From: a virus
Lineage: Duplodnaviria; Caudoviricetes
Virus record (IMG/VR): IMGVR_UViG_3300017708_001641
Location: 1 to 36,939 of that record
Reading direction: 5' to 3' (one strand)
Length of the DNA: 36,939 nucleotides
Positions 9,401-21,400 of the stretch are shown here, one piece after another (position 1 is the stretch's first letter; each line of letters starts with the position of its first letter). Position numbers and translations under genes: made by a program. The notes below the pieces were generated by a model. That model worked only from the letters and a program-made list of their open reading frames with translations. It ran no database searches and was not told where the DNA came from.

Positions 9401-12400
9401 CGAATACCAATTCTGGTAATCCTTATGATGCATTTATTGCATCTATCGATATGAATGGCAACTTCGCAATTAAGAGAAAGTTGTCTTCTGCAAATGCTTC
9501 TGAAAAACTAACAGCATTGAAGATAATTGGTACTGATATCTACTTTGCTCTAGAAACAGCAGATACTGATTCCTCTACCAATGTAAATGTTGCTTTTGGT
9601 AAGGTACTATTAACTACAAATGCAATTGCAGTTGCATTCATTAAGCAAGTTGTTAATAGTGTTTATTCATTCGGCAATACAAGTCTTTCCTGTGATGAAT
9701 ATAATGAATTCTATATCAGTGCTACATTAACTCTTAAGAGTGATGGTACGACTAGAGATAGTTTCTGGGTTGGCAAATTTAATACTGCTGGTACTATTAT
9801 CTGGAACAAGAGATATGTTACTGGAAGTACAATCGAACTTGCTCCTGTTTCCAACATTGATATCTTCAATGACCTGAATATTGCATTCACAAAGATTGAT
9901 GATACCACTGGTCACAAGATTGTTGAGAATGTAAAACTCAAGTATGACGGCACTTTCCTTAAGAGAACTAGCACAGACTTCACCATCAATAATATTGAGG
10001 GTGCTTCAGTCTATGGTATGGCAACTGATAACTCAGGTGATGTATATCTTGCTGGTCAAACTTCTTGGAACAGAAATGAGTTCATCTTAACTTTTGCAGA
10101 TGACACTGCTACAGATATTGCAAACCATTACACCCCAACAGTTCTTATTGGAAGTTTTGGTGAAGAATCACTTGATATTGAAGATGGTGTTGCAAAGATC
10201 AAAGCAGACGATGCTCTTACTGGAAGAGTTCGTGCAGTAGATAATATTGATGATAGTTATGGAGAAATCGTAACAACTGACACTATTAATAATGGCATCA
10301 TTGGTAAGGTTCTAACACTTGATACCATTGATAATGGTACATTGGGTGATATCGTAACTGTAGATACCATTAATCAAGGAATTATTGGCAAAGTGCTTGC
10401 TGTTACTGGCGGCACTACTGATGCAAATAGAGTTGCTGGTTCTTATAATATTGGTGCTTCTGATTACACTACAGATGGTAGTGGTGCAGGCGCAACCTTC
10501 ACGATTGCTGTTAATGTCAGTGGTGCAATAACAGGTATCACTATTACTGCTCCTGGTTCTGCTTTTGTACTCAATGAACAGATTACAGTTCCTGATACCG
10601 AACTTGGTAATGGTGGTGCTGCTGATTTAGTCTTTGATGTCTCTGATATTACTGATGTCAGAGCAGCAGGAACATATACAATTAATTCAACACAATACTC
10701 AGAAACTAGTGCATCTGGTACTGGGGCTGAATTTTCAGTTGTTGTTGATGGAGCGGGTGCTGCAACAATCACCATTACAGATGGTGGATCTGGTTATGCA
10801 ATCAACGATACTATTACAATTTCAGATTCTAATCTAGGTAATGCAGGTGCTGAAAATCTAATCTTCGATGTTGCTTCTATTACAACTCAAAGATCTGCAG
10901 GAACATATAGTATCAGTGCTTCTGATTACACTACTGATGCTAGCGGCAGTGGTGCTACTTTCTCAGTAGTTGTTGATGGATCTGGTAATTGCACACCTAG
11001 TGTTGTTACTGGTGGTTCTGGATTTGCCGTAGATGAAACTATCACAATTTCAGATGCTAATCTTGGTAGTGGTGGCGCATCCCCACTTACATTCGATGTT
11101 GCTACTAGAACTAATCAGAGAGCAGCAGGAACATATAATATTGGTGCTTCTGATTACACTACAGATGGTAGTGGTACAAATGCTACATTCACAATTATCA
11201 TCGATGGTTCAGGTAATGGAACAATCTCGGCAATTCCAGAAGATGGTTCTGGTTATGCAGTCGATGAAACCATCACAATCCCAGATGCCAATCTTGGTAG
11301 TGCTGGAGCAGAATCATTTACATTTGATGTTGCTAGTGTCAGTCTTGCTAGAGCAGCAGGAACATACGAAATTGATTCGACAAAATATACAACAACTAGT
11401 GCATCTGGTGCCAGTGCATCATTCACAATTACAGTTGCCTCTGATGGTGGTACATCTATCGATATCGACAATCCTGGTACTAACTATCTTGTAAATGACA
11501 CATTTACTATTACTGATGCCAATCTTGGTGCTAGTGGTTCTGATGATCTTACCTTCGATGTCGCTACTATCGGTAGTACAGGAGATTGGGCAAATGCTGC
11601 ACTTAAGATCCCTTCAAGTCAACTAGGAAGTAAACTTGACGATGATTGGACTCTTGAGTTCATGTTGTACAAGTATTATGCAGGAAATGGTGATTATAGT
11701 CAGACACAGCATACTTTACTTGCCGTTGGTGATGCTAGCGGTGCTACTGGTGGTATCTGGTTGTATTATGATGTCTCAACTGGTAAGTTGAATTTGGTAA
11801 TTACCGAAAATACAACTCCTATCAATTCTGCAGTTACTTCTCTTCAGTCTGGATTGTCAAACATGTTTGCTGACAATTCTTGGCAGTTTATTGGTATCAA
11901 AAAGACTGGTAGCACATTTGCTGCATATGTAAATGGAAATGTAGTTTTCTCTGGATCTGTTGCAAATGTTACTCTCGCTAACAAAGATCTTCATATTGGT
12001 AATATTCCTGGAAGAGATGGAGTAGCAGGAACATTCCGTTCTAATGAGCAGGGTCAGTTCTATGCAGATAATATTCGTCTCAAGAACAGAGCACTCAACC
12101 CATCAGTCCCTTCGGATGTTACTGCATATCCTGCAAATGGTCAGTTTGCTCAGGCATATGCTTGGACTGATACTGCATGGTTCACAACAAATACACAACA
12201 ATATGATTATATCGATTATGAAGGATTTACCCTAAAAGTTGATAAGAATTCTGATTCTGACAGACTTGGAACAATTACAGAGAGAACAAATACAAAAATT
12301 GGTTTTGTTCGTACTGCAGGATCTCTCTCCTCGTTCGATCTTACAAATACAACTAGTGATTACACTCTAGGTGCAGTAGGTCTGCAAACTCTAGACTATA

Positions 12401-15400
12401 ATGATGTATCTACCTCACTAGCTCAAGATACTGAGACTTTGGAACCAGTTGTAGACCTTTGGAGTTCTAGAACTGCAACAGTTCCCTCTCCTGGATCTCA
12501 GAAACTGAAGATTTCGGCAATTGTTAAAGATAGGTATTATTTCAAACCTACTAATACCATTAAGATTGATAATATTCAAAAACTCACTATCAATCAACCA
12601 TTTAAGGCAGTAACTAATTCTAAAGTAGTTCTTTATAATAATTCTGATGCATTTGTCAATTCTGGTTATGTTGTAAGGCAAGATGCCACCAACATTTATG
12701 TTGCAATCAATAATAATTCTTGGACAAATGATCTTAACACTGGTTATCTAAAATTCGAGCAATTTAGTGAGCAATCTACATATGGAATTGTTGGTCCTGT
12801 AGTTAGTGCTAACAATGAAATTACAGGGTATACTTTTGCTCAGGTAGGTTTCAATCCTAGTGTTGGTACATTTGAAATTGACCTATCTGCATATGATGCA
12901 CCTTCTGGTGGTACTAACAATCTGGATGAGTTTGGATTGTTCAAACCATATTCTACCGATGATTACATTATCAGAATTGATGAACTTTCTGGATCTTCTT
13001 CTTTTGCAGTTGGTTCTGTAATTACTCTTAATTCTGGCGATTTTAGTCTCAACGCCGACAATAATGTTGCAACAATCACTAATTTGACTGGAGTATCTAA
13101 GATTACGATTGTAACTAATCTCACCAGTATCTTACAAGTAACTGCTGTTGCAAATACTGATGAAGTCTATGTTGTTACTAATTCTAAGCATTATCTGAGA
13201 CAGGGCGAGAACGTCTTTATCGATGGCAATGTTCTTACTGGAACCTCGGAATATAATGGATCATTCATTACCAATACAATTGTAAGTCCTGTTGAATTTA
13301 CTTATAAGTTGCCTGCAGTTGCCACCACATCTCCTGCATTAAATGGTATTGGAAATGTTAGCATCTTTGTTAAGTCTCCAACCCTGAAGATGTACTATGG
13401 ACACAATTATATCTTTGATGTTAGTCATTCCACAATGTTGGGATCTAACTTGTCTTTCTCGAAGGACAACCTTTACAAATTGGAGTATTCTTTCAACTCT
13501 ATTGAACGTGTTGGCACTCCTGGTAATCCTGGATCCAATGCTAAGTCCACAATTTCATTGAAAGTTGATAGAGGTATTGTTACTAATATCTCTTATTACT
13601 TCGATCCATCTAGAACTGGTGCTGATTCTCCTGTCATCTCTGGAAGTTATCTTGATGTTGTAGATTCTCCTTATGCAGGCATTTTTGATATCACTAGTGT
13701 TTCAGGTGCTACAATCACAACTGGCGCAGATACATTCAGTTTCCTCTTACTTAATGAACCAGAAGGTGTTGGTGAAATCACTACAGCATCTTATTCTACA
13801 AGTTCTAAGAAAGCAGTTGGTTCTATTTCTGGTGTTAGAATCGTAAACTCTGGTGGTTTCTATACAAGATTACCTGTTGTTAGCAATATTGTTTCTAATA
13901 GAAATATTGAAAGAGTTCAAATTAATGATCCTGGTACTGAATATGCGGTAGGAACTTATAATAGTGTACCTATTTCTGGCGATGGCGAAGGTGGTTTTGT
14001 ACAAATTACAGTTGCCGATGGTCAAGATGATGAGGGTAATACAATCTCTGGTCAGATTCAAGCAGTTTCAGTTACATCTCCTGGCACAGGATACACAACT
14101 GCAACCGTTGATATTGAAGCAATTGATGGCATTCTTGGTGCTGGTGCAACTGGTTCTGGTGCTGAAATTGTAGTTGTCATTCCTCCTTTTGGTACTGGTG
14201 CATCAATCTTCACTAGAGGAGATAGCGTTGGTAAGATCAAGAGACTTAAGAATAATAACTTCGGTTATGATTATCCTCATGACTACACTCTGCGTCCTGA
14301 GATCACATTCCCAATTAACGCACAACTTAACTCTACTTCTATTCTTGAGAGTATTACAGTATCCGATCCTGGTTCTGGATATACACAGGCACCTGCTGTT
14401 GTAATTACAGGTGGTGGTGGATCTAATGCTGTAGCAGAAGCAGTAGTTCAGAATGGCAGACTAAGTGATATCATTGTTAAAGATTCTGGTTCTGGATATT
14501 CTTCTGAACCTACTATTTCACTGAAATCTTCTTTCAACTATGTTGTTAATATTGACTTGGGTCTTCTGCAATTTGCATTCCCTCATGGTATTACAAATGG
14601 ATCTGAAGTCACTCTGAATGTTGTAGACACTGGTGATGGTGCTGAGTATCCACTTTCTTCTGGTGCTCTGGGTAGATTGAACGGATCTACCACTTATTAT
14701 GCTATTGCAGGTGCAGCAAATTCTCTTGAAGATGATCAATTAAAACTTGCTATTAGTTCTTCTAATGCTGAACTGGGTGATGCCATCACTTTTGTTAATA
14801 ATGGTACTGGTCGTCAACAGGTATTGACAACTGCATTTGGTGGTGTTGCTAAAGCAAATGTAATCACTTCTACTTTCTTAGAGGGTGAACTGGTTTATCA
14901 GGGCACCACTATTGAGAATGCTACAGCAACTGGTTATATCTCGACCAATAATGGTTGGCAGGTTGGACCTAGAATTGTCAAGATTGTTGATTACACTGGC
15001 AACTTCTTAGTGGGTCAATCAATTACTGGTGTGATCTCTAAGTCTTCTGGTATTATCGCAGATCTTAAGATTGCTAAAGGTGTTCTTGAAATTGGTTCTA
15101 TTACCAAGACAACTGGTCAATTTACTGATGATGTTGGTAAACCTTCTGAGATTGTTCAGAAAATTCAAGACTCTTACTATTATCAAGACTTCTCTTATGC
15201 AGTTCGTTCTGCAGTTTCTATCAATGAGTGGAAGGATATTCTTATCAAGAATGTTCACCCTGCATCATTTAAAGTTTTTGGAGAACTTAGTATAGATGAT
15301 TATGGATTTATTCCTAACAAAGAGACTACTTTCCAAATCACCAAGTCCGTTGAACTTGCACAAGAAGCGATTGTTCCTAATATTCAGAACTTTGCTCTTG

Positions 15401-18400
15401 TCGAACCTATCTATTCCGAGTTCAACAATACTGAAGTTCTGTTCCGTCAGAAGCGACTGACCTCCTCAGAGAACATTCTGACCTCGACAGTTCAAACTCT
15501 TGATAATATCGACCAACTTTTTGATGGTATTGAAACTGCATTCCCACTATCAGTTAGTCAGCAATCTATTATTGCCAACGAGAATCAGTTGATGATTATC
15601 TTGAATGGTGTTGTTCAAACACCAGGAACAGCATTCAATGTTATTGACAACCTCTTGGTATTTGCTGAACCCCCACAACCACCAGCAAGTGTTCGTTATA
15701 TCACTATTACATTCACACCAAAACCTCTAATTGACCTTACATTTAACAATATTAGTGGTATCTTCCCTAATGTCGGTAATGTCATTGTTGGTTCTACAAC
15801 AATCTCTAGATTCACAGTAACTCAAGTCGATGGCAATGTCATCAGAGGTTTCTATTCAGATCTTGGTTCTGGTAATACTGGATTTACAACTGATGAGTTT
15901 GTAACTGCGAATGTTACTGGATTCAACGCAATCTTTGCAACTTCTACTGCGGTTTCAAATCTTGGTCTGTTTGTCTTTGGTGAAACAGTTAGAAACTTTG
16001 ATAATGATCGTGCAATTGTTGAGCAAGTTAACCTTGAAAGAGGTCAAGAGACTCCTATTTCTCAACTCAGGTTTGGTGTTGGACTTGCAACTACAATCTT
16101 TGACGTTGTTGCTAGAAAGGTTGATAATACTGAAGATGATGCACCTGTTGCTGATGGCGAGTTTGTAATCGGTAAGAAATATCAGATGGGTCCTGAGTTG
16201 TTTGAAATTGTTGATATCACTCAAGGAACTGATGCAACTACACTCGAAGTTATCAGAGGTGTTAATAATACTGCTGCCCAAAGTCATTTAGAAGACACTC
16301 CTGTCTATAAGACAGAGATTTCTGTCACCAATACGATGACTCTGAGTAAGATTATCGGTACTTATCAGTCTACACCTGGTCTTTATTCAATTGAAGATGG
16401 AGACATCATCATTGGTCTTCAGTCTGGAGTTGTTGTTGAAGTTCAAACTTCTCAATCTTATTCAGATCCAATTACTAACACTGATTCAGGATCTTTTGAA
16501 ATTTCTGAAGGTTCTAACTTCTTCGGTCTATTGTTTAACAGAATTGCATCTGTAACGTATCCTAATATCATTCTTGATGATATCGCTACTTCACAAGTAA
16601 GCATTCTAGACTTTGACGATAATCTGACACCATATGATGCTAAGTTCCCCTCAACAGAACCTATCAGCAACAACATCATAACTTATGATAATGCTACAGG
16701 TGCTTTGCTGGACAATGAAACCATTCGTAATTATAAGTTTGAATATGGTAACAACGTTGGAGACTTCCAAGTTGCAGAACCTGCATATAGCAGAAAACTG
16801 ACATTCAATAAACTTCGTGGTGATGGTCTGTTCAGACAAGGACAGGTAATTAGAACCGATGATACAAAAGCAGAAGTTATTGGTTATGCACCTGCTGATC
16901 AAACGATCTATCTTGGAAAAGTTGGTAGATCCAAAGGCACTGGTGAAGATTATCATCATGCAACCTTTAATGGTAATGCACAACTAGATGTAGACCAGAA
17001 GAGATTCGGAACCACCTCATTGCTTTTGGATGGTACTGGTGATTATGTTTCAGTTCCTACTTCTACTGAGTTTGGATTCGGAACTACTGATTTTACAATC
17101 GAGTGCTACATCAGACCTGCAAATGTTACTGGTGCAAAAGCAATCGTTGACTTTAGAACTACAGGCACAGAACTTTCTCCTTATTTGTACCTTGATGGCA
17201 CAAATCTGAAGTATTTCGTTAACAACTTGGTTGTGTGGAGTGGTACTACTACTCTTGCCGTAGATACTTGGTATCATGTTGCTTTGGTCAAGTCTTCTGG
17301 AACCACAAAGGTATACGTAAATGGTGCTTTGGATGGTTCGAGTAATTATGTTGATGGTAATGATTATGGTTCCACAAAACCACTAAGAATTGGTGCTACC
17401 ATTGCAGATGGCGACTTCTTCAATGGTCATATCGATGAAGTGAGAGTTTCTACGAATGCACGATACACTGATGCATTTACTCCTCAACAGGGTATCTTCC
17501 AAGGTGACTCTAATGCAGTTCTGCTCATCCACTTCGATGGTGCTGATGCAGCAACATATATTGAAGATTGGTCTGGTACTGAATCCTTCACTGCTGGAGA
17601 GTTCTTTAATAATGATGCAATTCGTGCAACATCTCTGACTAGAGGTTCTTTGGTTCAGGTAACTCAACGTTACTATGATGCTGCGGGTCTTATCAGAAGA
17701 AACAAAGATTATATCGCTAATGAAGCGGTGTATCTGATGAAAGAGAAGTTCCCATACTTCACAGTTCCAACAGGCGAAATTGCCTGTGAAGATGACATCA
17801 GAGACACTCTAGATTCAATTATTTCCGATCTTGAGAATGGTAGCAATAATCATACTTGGGATGCTGCTTCTTTGTACGTCAACAGAGCAGTCAATCCAAT
17901 CACTCTAAGTCATGTTGAAAGTGAAATCAAAGAAACAGTCTGGGTATACGATAAAGTAAAAGAGATTGTCGAATACATTATCACCAATGATATTTGGGAC
18001 ACTCAGGGTGATCATGGTCTGAAGCAGTTGACTGATGCAACTATCACTGATTCTTCTTACACCACGTTAACCAACGTAACTCCTACTGGTGCAACTTATG
18101 ATCCTGCTACAGGTGACATGGTTCTGACCAAGACATCTCATGGTTTAGTTGGTCCTACAACCTTCACGCCAAGTGCTGCTGATTATATTCCTGGAACAGG
18201 AGTCATGACTCTTACAATTGCAAATCATGGATTCTCCAATGGGGATAAAGTTCAAATCGCTAATAATGGTTTGACCTTCACATGTACGATGGACGGCAAT
18301 ACTGCTAACAAGACATATCCTAGAAGAAATGATCCTGGTTCTTTGGGTTGGTTGAAGATTTCTAATGTCACGACAAATACGTTCGATATCCCTGTTGGTA

Positions 18401-21400
18401 CTTCTCTCAATGAGTATTATTCAGTCTCAGCAGTTAATTATGACCCTGCTAATAATAAAGCAGTTCTGACGATTGGTGATCACGAACTTAGACCTGGAAC
18501 TTCTATCAAACTTCAGAATGAGTCGTTGACATTTACTTGTGCAACTGATAGTAATGGATCTGAGCACTCATATCCTCGATCTGGCGATGGTAATTATGAC
18601 ACTGCTATTAACATTGTTAATAATGGTTCTAGTCATGATGTTAATACTGCGACTTATAATGCAGGAACTGGAGCAATGGTTATCACCATGCAGAAAGGTT
18701 CAATTTCAAACTCAGCAACTACCACAATTGGTACTGGTTACAGCATAGCAACTGGCGTTTCTCTAACTGGCGGAACTGGTAGCGGTGCAGTTATTAGCAT
18801 CACTTCAGTTGGTGGCGGTACAGGAGATATTGTTGAATATACAGTTACCAATGCAGGTACTGGATATTCTAAGTCTGATGTTCTGACAGTACCTGGTGGT
18901 AATGGTGATGCTAGAATTACAATTAGTGAAATTGCTCATGGTTGGAGTGTTGGCGATAAGGTTCGTATTGAAGATAACGCTCTTACATTTACATGCGATT
19001 CTGATAACGATTACACAAATCACACATATCCTAGAAGCACCGATCCTGCTAGTGGTAGATGGTTGAGAATCAGTGCAATTACACCAGATTCAATTACAGT
19101 TAACATCGGTGGTGCTGGAACTGCTGCAGGTAACATTCACACCTTTGTAAGTGCTGCTTCTGATGCAATTACTTACAGAGACGGAACAATCACTATCAAC
19201 CTCCCATCCACAACGGATGTGTCTACACATATCTTTATTCGCGACGAATTGATTGGTGGTCAGGGTGCTGTTGTTGCTGGTGGAAACTACGTTCACTCAT
19301 TCGTTAGTGCAGTCGCAGATTCAATCACTAAGCAAGGTGATGCGGTCACTATTGCCGATGAATCTATCCGATTTACCTGTACTAGTGATGGTAATGATAG
19401 AATACTATCACATCCTAGAACTTCTGATACTCATGCTTCTAGAAGAGTTCTTCCTATCACTGCTCACACAACAGATACATTCACAATCGATGTTGGTGCT
19501 TCTCCTGCTGGTCAGCAATATGCACACACATTTGTAAGCGTTGATACTGATGCAATTACAATTGTTGACTACAACACTGGTGATTGTGCTGATGTTTATG
19601 GTACAGCAAGTACACTTCTGGATATCATCACTGATACTTTAGAAAATGCAAATCTTGCTACTCCTGTAGATCATCTCGGAACGATCACTAGATCAGAACC
19701 CACTTACGAATATGTTGGTGCTACAGTTGATGCCTATCTTGAAGTTCCGTTTACAATTACATACTCAGATCAAACAAATGACATCATCTATACAAATCAA
19801 ATCGATACCGATGGTAAGTATAGATTTAGAGATGCTGCTAATCTGCTCCGTCTGAATACTTCTGCAATTATTGACAAAACATCTTATGATCTTCTGCAGA
19901 GATATCCTGATCTTGCTTCTGAGATTCCTGGAAATGCAGATGGTTCTGGTTCTGGTACAGACAGATGTAAGACTGACCTCAGACTAATCATTGCTGAGAT
20001 CATTAATGATATTGAGATTGGTGGAAATTATAGAACGATTCGTGCTGCTAAGTTCTATCTCGATAGCAACAACGCACTGATCCACATTGGAAACCAAATC
20101 CAGTTCTCCATCTATGCACACAATCGTCTCGCTCATTACATGAAGCAAGCGATTACTGGAGATTTGACTACTGATAATACAGATGCAATTATCACTGGTG
20201 ATTGGGGTGTTACTGACGATGGAACTTCCACTAGTTTCACACCAACTAATGTTACTTACGATCCTGCAGATGGTCTTTCCGTTATTACTATTGGATCGCA
20301 CTCACTGAAAGTTGGTTCTTATGTAAAACTTGCTGACAACTCCATCACAATGACGTGTGCGATGGATAGTAATGCAACTCAGCACACATATCCTCGCCCT
20401 GGTGATTTTTCTTCAGGTAGAGATCTTCGTATCGAATCAGTAACTGATACAACAATTACTCTTAATATCAATAAGTCTGGTCCTAACCAAACCTTTACTG
20501 CTGGAACTGGCACTACTTACAATGCAGCATCTGGCGAACTCGTATTGAGCATCGGAGATCATAATTTAGAGGTAGGAATGGGCGTTGTCATTACTGACAA
20601 TTCTCTGACCTTTACTTGTGATTCTGATGGTCATTCTGCACCACAAACTTATCCACGCTCTACTGACCCTGCATCTGGTACATCCAGATCAATTAGTGCA
20701 GTAACTAATACTACAATTACGATTAACGTAGGTAATAGTGGAAGTGCTTCTGGTAATGCTCACTTGTTCGTAAGTGCAACTGCAGACTCTATATCACATC
20801 TACCTCAAGTTGGTCATACATTCGTAAGTGCATCAACAGGCGCGGTTACCACATCTATCAATTGTGCTGACGTTAGAGGTGCTATTGACACCTTAGTTAC
20901 TACACTGAATGATTCTTTGGCACCTACTTCTGATGACTTTGCGGTTGCTGCAGATCGTGTTTACTTCAATAGAAACTATATTGCTAAAGAAATTACAGGT
21001 CTTACTACAGCAGAGTTTACTTATCAACTTAATGGTGTAAACTTCAGTGCCTTTGTTTATCCTGGTTCTGATGGATTGAGTAAGTGTGAAAGAGATATCA
21101 AACTTATAATCCGTGCTATCCTCTCTGATCTTCAGACTGGTGGATCAAATGCTACGATTGACGTGTTCAGATTGTATCTGGACAGCAACAATCACTTGAA
21201 TCATATTGAAGAAGAACTTCTCGCAACTCTATATGCCTTTGAGCAAATTAAGACTATTGGTGAGTTTGCAATCAAGAATAATCTTCTTGCTCAAGGTGCT
21301 ACACCTACAACAGGCGACTATGCTGCTCTGTATACCACCGAAACTCCTTACATCGACACTGAAGCAACTATAGACATCAATCAGGTTGTATATCGTTTCC

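Noticed and set aside
10222-11574. Periodic DNA repeats as a possible CRISPR array or DGR template/variable pair
   Set aside because: The period is ~231 nt and in frame, and the repeats are degenerate protein repeats. There are no unique spacers, no evident adenine-specific mismatch pattern and no reverse transcriptase or cas gene in the window.
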